Source: Stegostoma tigrinum (Eukaryota). From it: a stretch of 64,000 bases of DNA. Shown here piece by piece: positions 1 to 11,939 of this stretch. The translations under genes and the position numbers were made by a program. Each line of letters starts with the position of its first letter. Position 1 is the stretch's first letter. The stretch spans positions 4,568,385-4,632,384 of the forward strand of contig NC_081398.1 in assembly GCF_030684315.1 (NCBI RefSeq). Reading direction: 5' to 3'. The notes under the pieces were generated by a model. The model was not told where the DNA came from. It saw nothing but the letters and a program-made list of their open reading frames with translations, and did not search any database.

Positions 1-1365
1 ATAAGGAATCAGGGATTAAATTTATCCTTTCACCAAAAGGTATGGTGCAAGTTCCATGGGCCTATACCACATCATCAGATGAAGAGCCAAAGGAGGCCAT
101 TCTGTCCCTCGAGCCTGCTGTCCCACCCAGTTCAATAAAGGTCGTACTCAAGCTGCTTGCGTTGTGAATTCTAAATTCTAAATTCTAAATAAAGGCAGGG
201 GAAGGGGATTTGAGGCTGACATCCCATGGCAATCACTGCAAAGACCAGGTGCATTGTTGTGGCTGGAATGGGTACAGTGAGCCACTTTATGAGTCTGGTT
301 GTATTATCGAGGGAGATAACTTTGGTGCTGAGCAAGTCTTCCATGAATAAAGGCATAAATGAGACAACAGATAGGACGTGATAAAGGAATAGGCTTTGGG
401 AAGTCACTGGATTTGCGATTTACTCAAACAGGGCGTTTTAATCAGGCATTTCTAACCAGAATGTTAAAAGAGTTGTTAACCAGCTGGTAGGAACATGAGA
501 GTGAATTGTGTCGGAATTATACAGGAAAAGAAAGCGGCTCAGGATTAGGACATTCAGCCCCTCAAGGCTGTTCTGCCAGTCAATACGATCATGGATGATC
601 ATCCAACTCAATCCTTTGGCCCCACTTTCTCCTACCACCTCCCACCACAATTCCCTTTGATCCCCTTTCACCCCAAGAACCATATCAAACCCCCTCTTCA
701 AAACATTCAACATTTTGACCTCAGCCGCTTTCTGTGTCTCATTGAACATTTTAAGGTGTCGGGGGGCGCGGGTTCAAAGGTTACGAGCGGTGGGAATGTG
801 GAACTTGCAAACACCAACTGACCCTATGGGATGGGACACCAGGCTCGAGGGGATGAATGGTCCCACTTCTCCTCATGCGTATGTCGATGGGGTGACGTGA
901 AGCGGTGCTGTGGCGTTTGATTGGCTCACTTGGCTCAGTAAAAGGAGGCAAATTCCAGATTGGTATTCAGGCTTTTCAGGCCTTGAACTGCAAGAGGTTA
1001 GCCGTTAAGCAGAGTAGGTCAGGAGTCACCGTGAATCAACAATGACCAACTTATTGGGTCAGGCCATTGCAAATAATAAAATAATCAGGCATCCAAGAAA
1101 CCAGTTGGGAATTTTGACTGGGAATGAAACACACCAGAGCTGACCCAATGGAAAGGAAAGGGTTAGAAGGATATGGGCCAACAATAGGCAAGTGGGACTA
1201 GTTCAGTTTGGGAAACCTGGTCAGGTTGGCTGAAGGGCCTGTTTCCGGTGCGGCAAGACCCTACAAATGAATCCATTTGTAAAACGAAACTCAGGATAGC
1301 CAACAAGGCTCTGAGAGCAAGTGGCCAATTGTCAGGAGCACAAACAGAAGCTGATGGAAAAGCTC

Positions 1366-1480
1366 AGAGATAATGGGAACTGCAGATGCTGAAAAAGGGT
1401 CTAGGCCCGAAACGTCAGCTTTTGTGCTCCTGAGATGCTGCTTGGCCTGCTATGTTCATCCAGCTCCACACTTTGTTCTT
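1366..1480. mobile_element. Mini fold-back PLE derivative with a 15-bp TSD
   Basis: CTGATGGAAAAGCTC at 1351-65 and 1481-95; PLE termini in opposite orientation. Confidence 0.8.
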
Positions 1481-1634
1481 CTGATGGAAAAGCTCGGCTG
1501 GGGTCAGAGACGGGAAATTGTCAGACCGTCTTTCGGAGAAATTTCTTGCTCCAAGAAATCGTTGGGCGGTCTAGAGGATTGATATCTCGTATTGTGATGA
1601 ATTACAAGGGTTATGGAAAATCATTTGTTATTCT

Positions 1635-1840
1635 TTGATAACACAGAGTGTGGAGCTGGAGGAGCACAGCAGGGTCAGGCAGCGCCAGAGGGGGAGGAAA
1701 GCTGACGTTTCGGGTCGGGGCCCTCTTGCAGAATTTCAACGTCAACTTCCCTGCTCCTCCGATACTGCCTGGCTTGCGGCGTTCCTCCAGCTTCGTGCTG
1801 TGTTATCTCTGACTCCAGCACCGGCAGGTCTTGCTATCTG
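1635..1840. mobile_element. Mini fold-back PLE derivative (older)
   Basis: Inverted PLE termini. Confidence 0.65.
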
Positions 1841-2664
1841 CATTTATTACTGTTTGATTGCTTTCTTATGGCAGATGTCTTCAAACACCATGGGTCATAA
1901 AGCTGTTTTGTTGAAAGAAGGAAATGGATCGTGTTGCTAAACGATGCACAGGTAATGAACATTATTTGCTTAAGACCTGGAGCCACAGACGAAGAGAAGA
2001 CAGCAGGTCAGAGTTCTTGGTTTGTCATCATTGGGGCATAGGTTACAGGAACAAGGGAAATGACACTGAAATTGTGCGAGATGCATGTTACACATCAGCA
2101 GGAGTGTGGTGTGCTGTTGTGGGTACAACATTATAGAATGCTGATGGGTGGGCAGCATTTATTGCCCCTTCCCAAAGGGGCATGTAAGAGTCAACTCCAT
2201 TGACTATGAGTCCAAAGGGTAAGACTCCCCCTCCCGAAAAACAGAAAGTGACAATCAGCCGAAAATGAGTCACACTTTTAATTCCAGGGTTTTTTTGCCT
2301 AATTGTATTCAAATTTCACCACATGCCCTGGTGGGATTTGAAACCATCTTGCCCACATTGTAAACCCAGGGCATGACCATCACCAGGAGTCTGCGTTTTG
2401 ACTCGTGCCTCTCGAAAGCTCATTGCACCATTTGATACTATTTAGTACCAGTGATTACAAATGGTGTTCTTGCCTGTTCCAGGCTGAGCTGAGTGGGTTG
2501 AAGAGCCCTCTTCTTGGATCGTAAAGGTTCCACGACAAAGAAGGGAAGGATGTTCAAGTGAAGCAAAGAATTCGCTTTACTGATAGGAACGACAGAAAAC
2601 ACCCCACGACGAGCCGCCCAAGTTATTCCAGAATGATGTTGGCGTTCCGATTGATCACAGCATC

Positions 2665-3565
2665 CCTATAGCATGGAAGCAGGCCATTCAGCCCATCCAG
2701 TTCACACCGACCCTCCGAAGACATTCCCACGCTCCTAGACCAACCTTACAACTCAAGATATCCCAATGCCAATCTGCCCAAACCGGCACTACGGGATAAT
2801 TCAGCACGGCCAGTCCACCCTCACCAGCATATCCCTGGGCACTACGGGACAATTTAGCACGGCCAACCCACCCTAACCCACACATCCCTGGGCACTACGG
2901 GATAATTCAGCACGGCCAGTCCACCCTCACCAGCATATCCCTGGGCACTACGGGACAATTTAGCACGGCCAACCCACCCTAACCCACACATCCCTGGGCA
3001 CTACGGGACAATTTAGCACGGCCAACCCACCCTAACCTGCACATCCCTGGGCACTACGGGACAATTTAGCACGGCCAACCCACCCTACCCCGCACATCCC
3101 TGGGCACTATGGGACAATTTAGCACGGCCAACCCACCCTAACCTGCACATCCCTGGGCACTACAGGACAATTTAGCACGGCCAATCCACCCTAACCCACA
3201 CATCCCTGGGCACTACGGGACAATTTAGCACGGCCAACCCACCCTACCCCGCACATCCCTGGGCACTACGGGACAATTTAGCACGGCCAACCCACCCTAA
3301 CCTGCACACCCCTGGGCACTACGGGACAATTTAGCACAGCCAATCCACCCTAACCTGCACATCCCTGGGCACTACGGGACAATTTAGCACGGCCAATCCA
3401 CCGTAACCTGCACATGTTTGGACTGTAGGAGGAAACTGGAACCCTCAGAGGAAACCCATGCAGACTCGAGGAGAATGTGCAAACTCCACACAGACACAGT
3501 CGCCTGAGGGTGGGATCGAACCCAGGTCCCGTGAAGCAGCAGCGCTAACCACTGAGCCACCGTGT
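2665..3565 (-). mobile_element. V-SINE (HE1-like) with a ~12-copy 53-bp expansion
   Basis: tRNA-like head (TGGCTCAGTGGTTAG...GGTTCGATCCC) at ~3500-3565, V-domain, array, LINE-like tail. Confidence 0.85.
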
Positions 3566-3803
3566 AACACTGCAGCTTCCTGTTTTCCCAGGATGGTGCA
3601 ACTTTAGGCAAACCGCAGAAAGCTGAAAGAGAGGGTTCGTCGGAGGTTGAGTAACTCCCATAAAATGCCTTTCGTTCCAATGGCTAGTCATCACAGATTA
3701 ATTCTGGTGTTCACTCTGCAAAATCTTGCCTGGTGATAACTGGATGTCAAAGTCTAAGTTGTGTCTTTTAGTTGCCCTTTCCTTGCCTGACCGCTACCCA
3801 CCC

Positions 3804-3835
<32 letters not shown>

Positions 3836-3929
3836 AGCTCATGTCAAACTGTGTGAAAAACAAGTAGCATTTGAGGACAGGAACAAGACAACATCAGAAA
3901 GAAGGAGAACGACATAAGAGAGTATCAAA

Positions 3930-4380
3930 CCCTTCGGGAGGTTATTCCCAGAGCTGACTGGGTTGGCTTATGAGGAGAGATTGAGTGGATTGGGCCTGTT
4001 CTCATTGGAATCCAGAAGAACGAGGGCAGGGGTTTCTTCCAGAAACATGTAACAATTTGAAGGGAATTGATAAGATAGAAGCAGGGAGGTTGTTTCCACT
4101 GGCGAGCGAAACTGGAACGGGATGGGGGGGTGGTCAGAGCCTCAGAATAAGGGGTGATCAGATTTAGGACTGAATTGAGGAAGAACTTCTTCACCCATTG
4201 GGTTGTGAGTCTGTGGAATTCCCCGCCCGGTGATGCAGTTTCAGGCAAAGATTTGAGCAGGAGAGGGATTCAGGGTTAGGGTGAGCGGGCTGGTAAGTGG
4301 AGCTGAGTCCACGAAAAGATGGGCCACGGCCTTACAGAATGGCGGGGCAAGCTCGATGGACCGAAGGGCCCCCTCATGCT
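3930..4380 (+). mobile_element. Degenerate CR1 LINE fragment
   Basis: YEERL..LGLFSLE and KNFFT motifs. Confidence 0.7.
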
Positions 4381-4399
4381 TGGGGACAGTGAGGGCCAC

Positions 4400-5830
4400 A
4401 GATGCTGGATGTTAGCGTCGTTAGAGTTGATAAAGGCGATCGGGGGAGCGGAAAGCACAGGCAGGATCCGAGGAGGAGCAAGGAAGTCAAGGGTTCGAGC
4501 TGAATCCCTTCATCAGGACTTGTGGGGGTGGGGGGAAGCCCATAAATAAATCGAGGGAGGGAGGGCAGGACTGGGGGTGTGGGATGGAGATAGGTGGATG
4601 CAGGTAAGGGCTTATTGTGGTGGGTCAATGGGAAGGGTGGAGTGGTTAGGGGAGTGGGAAGATGGACAGGTTGGAGGAGGAGAGATGTTGAAGCTGGCGA
4701 AGTCAATATTCAGGCCGTTGGGCTGTCAGCTCCCAAGGCGAAATATCAGGTGCTGTTTACATCTGGGCCTCATTCTGATAGTGGAGGAGGCTAAGGATGG
4801 ACACATCACAAGGGGAGTAGGGTGGTGGGTGGCAACTGGAATGTCGGGTTGGTTGGCCCATGCAGAGTGTAGATGCTTTACAAGCCAGTCACTGAGTCTG
4901 CCTTTGGTTTCATCGATACAGGGGAGGGAGCAACAGATGCGGTAGATGAGGTTGGATGAAGTGCAAGCGAATCTTTGCCAGACTTGGGCAGAGGTGAGGG
5001 CAGAGGTCTAGGGGCAGGAGTAGCGCCTCATGTGGTTGCAGGGCAAGTCACTGGCTGTGGTGGAGGGATGGGTGGTGAGTGTGGAGCTGACGGGGGAGAA
5101 AACGGGTCCCCGCAGAAAGTGGACATGAGTGGGGAGGAGGGTATCTTTTCGGTGGTGGAAATGTCAGAGGATTATGTGTTGTACTCAGAGGTTGGTGGAG
5201 TATTACATAAGGACCAACGGGATCTATCCTTATTGTTGTTGGGGTGAGAGAGTTTGAGAGCAGAAGTTGAGGGCATCCTTAATGACAGAGGAGGGGAAAC
5301 TATGGTCTCTAAAGCATTGTAGGTGGACACCTGGGAGGTCCTGGAGTAGAATGCCTCATCCTATGAGCAGATAGAGCAGAGGTGGAGGAATTGTGAGTAT
5401 GGGGATAGAATTTTTGCAGGAGGGTGGGTGAGAGGACGTGTGGTCGAGTTAGTTCTGGGAGTCAGCGGGTTGGAAATGGATGTCAATGGTGAGCCGGTTT
5501 CCGGGGTGATGGAGATGGAGAGTTTGAGGAAGGGGAGGGAGGTATCGGAAATAGTCCTGGTGAACTTGCGGGGAGGGTGGAAGATTGATGAAGTGCTCAA
5601 GCTCCTCGTGGGAGTACGGGGCCATGCCAATGCAGTCACCAATATTGTGGACGAAGAGGCGAGGGATGGGGGTGGTTGTTAAAGAGGGACACGAATCCTA
5701 CGAAGAGGCGGGCACGGCTCGGACCCATGCGGGCGCCTGTGGCCACCCCCTTGGTTTGAGGGAAGTGGGAGGGTTTGGGGGAAAAATTGTTGAGGGTGAG
5801 GACCAGTTCCGCCAAATGACCGAGAACATC
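4400..5830 (-). mobile_element. Degenerate Penelope-like RT/endonuclease fragment
   Basis: LAELVLTLNNF..QTKGVATGARMGPS.A.LFVG, TISDTSLPFL and PYSQFL.L..ICS motifs, frameshifted. Confidence 0.8.
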
Positions 5831-6279
5831 AGGGTTGGGGGGTGGTGGGGTGCTGCGGGCATGGGTGGGCATATGAGCGAGGAAGAAATAGATCCTTTGG
5901 CCTACTCCTGCTCCTATATCCTGACATTAAACTCGGATTATGGCCACTTCATTACCTGTTCCCCACAACTCTCAAATCTGTCTGACATGACCCTTGGCTT
6001 TGCTCAATGGCCCAGCCTCTGCTGTTCCAAAGGATAAACAGGGGGTCTCAGAGAGAAGAGATCTCTCCTTACCCTAGCCTTAGAGGGAAGATTTTGCCCG
6101 CTAGCTCTCGACTCCCCTGTGATGGGAGACACCTCCCTCAACATCTCCACATGTCCCTCCCCTTCTTCCATGATTCGGGAAGATCACATCTCAATCTGAA
6201 ATTCCAATAGGCATGGTCCCCCTCCGTCCAACCTCTCCCCCATTCTAATCTCAGTGCACAAAACTCAGCAAGCCTAGCA

Positions 6280-6870
6280 TACATGGCAGGGAATCGGGAA
6301 GGGTCGTGGAATGTTGGCCCTTATTTAAGGGGATTGGAGTGTACGAGTTGGGAAAGTCTTACGGCAAGCTGCAAGGTGCTGGGGAGACCACATCTGAGTT
6401 ACTGCAAGCAGTGTTGCTCTCCCTTATTGAGTAAAGGTATCATGTCATTGGAGGCAGTTCGGAGATGGACCAGGATGGTCCCCAAGATGGAAGGAGTGTC
6501 TTACGAGCGAAGGCTAAACATGTTGGGACTCAGTGCAGTTTCGAAGAATGAGAGAGGATCTCCCTGAAACATGTGGGATTCTTAAGGGGTTGAGAGGGTC
6601 AATGCTGAGAGGATGTTTTCCCCTTTGTGGGAGGGTCTGGGACCAGAGAGCACAGTCTCGGGATAAAGGGGGCACCTTTCTCCCAGAGGGTTTGGAACTC
6701 CTTGCCACAGAGAGCTGAGGGAGCACAGCCCCTGTGGGTATTGAAGGCTGAGACAGAGATTCTTGATCGGTGAGGGAATCAGGGTAAAGGGTGGGATAGG
6801 GTAGGAAAGTGAAGAATGTCGGGTCAGCCATGAACAGCCTCGATGGGCCGAATGGCCTATTTCTCGCAGT
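6280..6870 (+). mobile_element. Degenerate CR1 LINE fragment
   Basis: VLGRPHLSYC.QCCSP..LEAVRR.TRMVP. Confidence 0.75.
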
Positions 6871-7511
6871 CTTAGCTCAGTCAACTTTCTCCAAACTGTT
6901 GCCAGTGGAAATCCATGTCTAAGTGAAAAAACTGTGGACCGCATTCCAGCTCCAGTCTCACTAACACCCTGCACAGCGTAAAAAGACTCGACTAGCACCA
7001 CACCCACAAACATCCCACTCCCTCCTGCCACCGGCGCTCAGTCGCAGCAGTGTGTACCATCTACAAGATGCTCTGCAGAAATTCACCAAAGACCCTCAGG
7101 TAGCACCTTCCAAACCCACAACCCACTTCCATCCAGAAGGACAAGGGGCAGCAGGTACAGGGGAACACCACCCCCCTGCACATCCCCCTCCGAGCCCCTC
7201 CCCATCCCGACTTGGACATATATCAGCCGTTCTTTCACTGGGTCAAAATCCTGGAATTCCCTCCCTTCGGGACACTGTGGGTCAAGCCGCAGCACATGGA
7301 CTGCAGCGGTTCAAGACGGCAGCTCACCCCCACCTTCTCAAGGGGGGCAACGAGGGACGGCCGAATCAGAGTTGCCCACAACCCAGAAATGAATAAAGAA
7401 ATTAGTTTTGTTGTCATATGTACTCATGACCATCTTAGGTCCAGCAGTGCCTAGGTATGGGTTCTTGGGTAAAAATTACACCCCACTGCCCTTACAGAGA
7501 GTGGCGACGGA

Positions 7512-7763
7512 GGTAATGGGAACTGCAGATGCTGGAGAATCCGAGATAGCAAAGTGTGGAGCTGGATGAACACAGCAGGCCAAGCAGCATCTCAGGAGCA
7601 CAAAAGCTGACGTTTCAGGCCTAGACCCTCCTTCAGAAATGAAGGGTCTAGGCCCGAAATGTCAGCTTTCATGCTCCTCTGATGATGCCTGATACTGTTG
7701 TGTTCCTCCGGCCTCACACTTTGTGTTATTCCCGACTCCAGCATCTGCAGTTCCCGCCATCTC
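7512..7763. mobile_element. Mini fold-back PLE derivative
   Basis: Inverted termini with degenerate hammerhead cores. Confidence 0.75.
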
Positions 7764-7882
7764 ATGATCAGATTGTGGTTTTCCCTCACTTATTCCCATA
7801 TTTTATCACCCTCCCACCCAGCACATCCCCCCAACCCAGATGGCATCTGATGCAGCTTTCAATACATTTGAAAACAGCTCAC

Positions 7883-8103
7883 CATGTGCCGCCAGCATCT
7901 TGCGTTTCAATAGCGACTCGAACGTCCCCTTGATGGCCGTCTGACCGAATGTGACCCTGAGCCGTATGGGGAGATGTTAGGGGAGGATAACGAGGACAGC
8001 GAGGCGGAGGGGTGTGCAGAGGGAATGTTACTTACTGGGGCTCAGCTCGGAAGCAGGACCACAACCAGACAAGTGAGGTGATCAGAATTAGAGGCATGTG
8101 GGA
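7883..8103 (-). other. Candidate pair of unassigned exons (8036-8103, 7883-7956) with a 79-nt intron
   Basis: GTAAGT...CTAAC...CAG intron; one frame is open across both exons; GTGAGC downstream donor. Confidence 0.35.
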
Positions 8104-8154
8104 CTGTGGTGGTGGGGGGGGCAGTGATGGGGGGGAGGTGCATGGGGTTGCAAG

Positions 8155-9360
8155 AGGTGACAGAGATAGGGAGGGTGACAGGGATAGGGAGGGGGTGTAT
8201 GGGCTGGAGGGGGTGACAGGGATAGGGAGGGGGTGTAGGGGCTGGAGGGGGTGACAGGGATAGGGAGGGGGTGTAGGGGCTGGAGGGGGTGACAGGGATA
8301 GGGAGGGGGTTTAGGGGCTGGAGGGGGTGACAGAGATAGAGAGGGAGTGTAGGGGCTGGAGGGGGTGACAGGGATAGGGAGGGGGTGTAAGGGCTGGAGG
8401 GGGTGACAGGGATAGGGAGGGGGTGTAGGGGCTGGAGGGGGTGACAGGGATAGGGAGGGGTGTAGGAGGTTACAGAGATAGGGAGGGGGTGTAGGGGCTG
8501 AAGGGGGTGACAGGGATATGGAGAGGGTGTAGGGGCTGGGAGGGGGTGACAGAGATAGGGAGGGGGTGTAGGGGCTGAAGGGGGTGACAGGGATATGGAG
8601 AGGGTGTAGGGGCTGGGAGGGGGTGACAGAGATAGGGAGGGGGTGTAGGGGCTGGAGGGGGTGACAGAGATAGGGAGGGGGTGTAGGGGCTGGAGGGGGT
8701 GACAGAGATAGGGAGGGGGTGTAGGGGATGGAGGGGGTGACAGAGATAGGGAGGGGGTGTAGGGGCTGGAGGGGGTGACAGAGATAGGGAGGGGGTGTAG
8801 GGGCTGGAGGGGGTGACAGGGATAGGGAGGGGGTGTAGGGGATGGAGGGGGTGACAGAGATAGGGAGGGGGTGTAGGGGCTGACAGAGATAGGGAGGGGG
8901 TGTAGGGGCTGGAGCGGGTGACAGGGATAGGAAGGGGGTGTAGGGGATGGAGGGGGTGACAGGGATAGGGAGGGGGTGTAGGGGATGGAGGGGGTGACAG
9001 AGATAGGGAGGGGGTGTAGGGGCTGGAGGGGGTGACAGAGATAGGGAGGGGGTGTAGGGGCTGGAGGGGGTGACAGGGATAGGGTGGGGGTGTAGGGGAT
9101 GGAGGGGGTGACAGAGATAGGGAGGGGGTGTAGGGGCTGACAGAGATAGGGAGGGGGTGTAGGGGCTGGAGGGGGTGACAGGGATAGGAAGGGGGTGTAG
9201 GGGATGGAGGGGGTGACAGGGATAGGGAGGGGGTGTAGGGGATGGAGGGGGTGACAGAGATAGGGAGGGGGTGTAGGGGCTGGAGGGGGTGACAGAGATA
9301 GGGAGGGGGTGTAGGGGCTGGAGGGGGTGACAGAGATAGGGAGGGGGTGTAGGGGCTGAA
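8155..9360 (+). repeat. G-rich 38-bp minisatellite (GGGGGTGACAGAGATAGGGAGGGGGTGTAGGGGCTGGA)
   Basis: About 30 tandem units; explains the spurious 464-aa Pro-rich ORF. Confidence 0.95.
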
Positions 9361-10488
9361 GCACAGGGTTCAAATGAAATGACATGCCTTCTACTGGCAG
9401 CGTCATCTCACTCTGTGTCCTCCATGCCTCAGGCACATCTTGTGATCAGAGGAGTGAGGTCCCAAAAGAGATTTCTCTTCACTTCGAAAATACAACCCTA
9501 TCGATCTCCCCACCGGCCCGTACCCCTCCAGGTGTTAACTCCTTCACTAAACGCTGCCCTGTTCCCCTTGTGGCACTTACGTCAGGTATGATTTGCCTGG
9601 ATAGAATGCGAAACAAAAGTTTGCACTGTATCTCGGCACATGTGACAATAATAAATCAAAAGTGCTCTCCAAACTGTGCTGCCAAATCCCACGCGATACA
9701 GACCTGTCGAGCGCCCTTGGCTTACATCAGCCTGCTGTACCCTTCCCCAGGATTAACAGGATAAATGAAAATTGGTGGGACTGACAGGTGTCTTTAGAGA
9801 AAGGTACATTTTTAAATGCCCTGTCATTTCGCTCCCTGATTAATTTGCAAAATATGCTCGCAAAGGTGGGTGTGAATCTCTGGGCAATTGGAAAAGCCGT
9901 TATTCACAACTGATTTCTCACGCCCTTAGACTGTTTGCTGTCACAGATCTAGTTTAACCAGATGGCATTATGGGGACCCGGGGGTCATCCAGCACGAAAA
10001 CACACCTTTGGGTCCAACTCATCCAGGTTCGCCTGGTTTTCCAAACTCCGCTCGCTCTCCTAGACCTGTGTTTGGCCCATATCCCTCCAAACCGTTCCTG
10101 TTCCAGATGATAAACACTGCAGCTGTGTCCATACCTACCACTTCCTCCGGCAGTTGGTTTTCTGTAACACACCCCCTCAGAACCTTTTTAAGTCTTTCTC
10201 CTCTCACCTTAAAAATACACCCTTTGGCTTGGGACTTCCCCCACCTTAGTTGGGGGGTATGGGGCGCAACTTTTGCTATTCGCCCTATTGGTGCCCTCAT
10301 GATTTCACAAACCTCTGTAAGGTCACCCCCCCCCCCCCCACCCCCTCAGCGTGAAAGTGTTCCGAACCTCTCCTTGTAACTCGAGTCCCTGGTAAATCTT
10401 TTCTGCACCCTCTCCAATCTAACAACTGCCCTCCGTTTGGAAGAACCGCGGTCCTCTCTAGAGACAGAGAACGAAGGAAAGCTCTCAC

Positions 10489-10668
10489 CATGATCCCGCC
10501 TCCGAAGATCCCTCCAAAGAGCAACACCTCCGGCGTCAATTTGTCGGTGTCCTGAACATAGTCCAGTTGAAAGTTGGGGAAGAACAACAGGAGGTTTGCC
10601 ACGATGCAGCTGAATGCCAATGGGTACAAGGAAGCCCCGATACACTTGGCACATTTTCCCGTGCACAT
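10489..10668 (-). CDS. Transmembrane 4 L6 family (TM4SF) member, first coding exon (60 aa); later exons not found in the window
   Basis: MCTGKCAKCIGASLYPLAFSCIVANLLLFFPN...FGGIFGGGIM is the typical L6 N-terminus; donor ATG|GTGAGA; paralogue not resolved. Confidence 0.88.
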
Positions 10669-10729
10669 CTCCCCGACAGAGCTGGTCCTGCGTCCGCACC
10701 AAAATGAGCAGCCAGACGCTTAAGCTACT

Positions 10730-10805
10730 GGGGATTTATAGTGCCAGGACAGCACGGGGCTTTGATAAGCGATAGGGTGGTTACATTTCCTGTTAACAGA
10801 TAAAT
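10730..10805 (-). promoter_or_regulatory. TM4SF proximal promoter
   Basis: TATAAAT on the minus strand at 10734-10740; WGATAA sites at ~10763 and ~10798. Confidence 0.5.
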
Positions 10806-11459
10806 GGCTTCCAAATTAGGTCAGCGGTGAGTGGTATGGGGCACTGTGCAGGGTTTTTTTTCTCTCTCTCCTTTCTTATCTCTGTTTGCTCTGCTCGTCT
10901 GCATTTGGTGGTGGATGTCAGTTACCAGACAGATGCATTACGTGGAAAGGTTGCAGAGCGAAAACCTTGAACCTGCAGATAAAAGCGATCAATGCTCCCG
11001 GCCCCATAAACGATTAACATGCTCTCGGGTTGAGCTCACGGCGCAGTTAGGCGGAACTCCCCCTGTGCTGAGCATAGAACCGTACAGCACAGTACAGGCC
11101 CTTCGGCCCACGATGTTGTGCCGACCTATTATCCCACTAAGATCAATCTACCCTGCGTACCCTACATTTTACTATCCTCCATGTGCCTATCCAAGAGTCT
11201 CTTAAAAGTCTCTAAAGTGTCTGACTCCACTACCACTGCATTCCCACCCCTCTCTGTGTAAAGAACCTACTCCTACACGTTCCTCCAATCGCCTTAAAAT
11301 AACAATACGTCCTCGTAATAGACATAACAGTTCCGAGTGCACCAGAAAACACCCACACGCCCTTTCCTCATTCTTGGCGAGTCTAGCGGAGGAGGTGACT
11401 CAATGGCAGGTTTGAACCGGATAGTATGAATCGCCCAAGGGTGAGGTCTCTCAAAGGGG

Positions 11460-11589
11460 CCTGAACATAGTCCAGTTGAAAGTTGGGGAAGAACAACAGG
11501 AGGTTTGCCACGATGCAGCTGAATGCCAATGGGTACAAGGAAGCCCCGATACACTTGGCACATTTTCCCGTGCACATCTCCCCGACAGA
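11460..11589 (-). pseudogene. Exact 130-bp duplicate of the 5' part of TM4SF exon 1
   Basis: Identical to 10551-10680; ATG at 11577; lacks the splice donor. Confidence 0.85.
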
Positions 11590-11939
11590 CCCGCCAGTCC
11601 CCAACACAGGAATCGGCCATGCGGCCCATCTACTCCATGCTAGCGTTTCTGCTCCACCCAGCTGCCCCTCCTTTATCAATGCAGCATGCGTTCAAATATA
11701 CCTCACCTTGTCCCTTCTGTGTTTGAGACACACCCACCTTCGCAGAACATATAGGCTCCTTCGGAGTTCCCCACCGGGTTTATTCGTGAGCTCATATTGT
11801 GGGACCTTGCCTCAGGGGTATCTCTTCAGCAGCTGCCCTGTCAAAATAACTACACATGGAGAAAAATCCCGGAAATTGTTGGAGAAACTCAGGAGGTCTG
11901 GGAGCAACAGTGCAGAGAAAACAGCTACGGGTTCTGCCA

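Noticed and set aside
225-350. QVHCCGWNGYSE tetraspanin-like CCG motif on the plus strand
   Set aside because: No pyrimidine tract at the acceptor, the frame stops soon after, and no other tetraspanin exons are visible
3490-3565. tRNA gene (also ~44510-44575 and ~45480-45560)
   Set aside because: The A and B boxes belong to SINE heads; no cloverleaf
8042-9436. 464-aa Pro/His-rich ORF
   Set aside because: Translation of the 38-bp minisatellite
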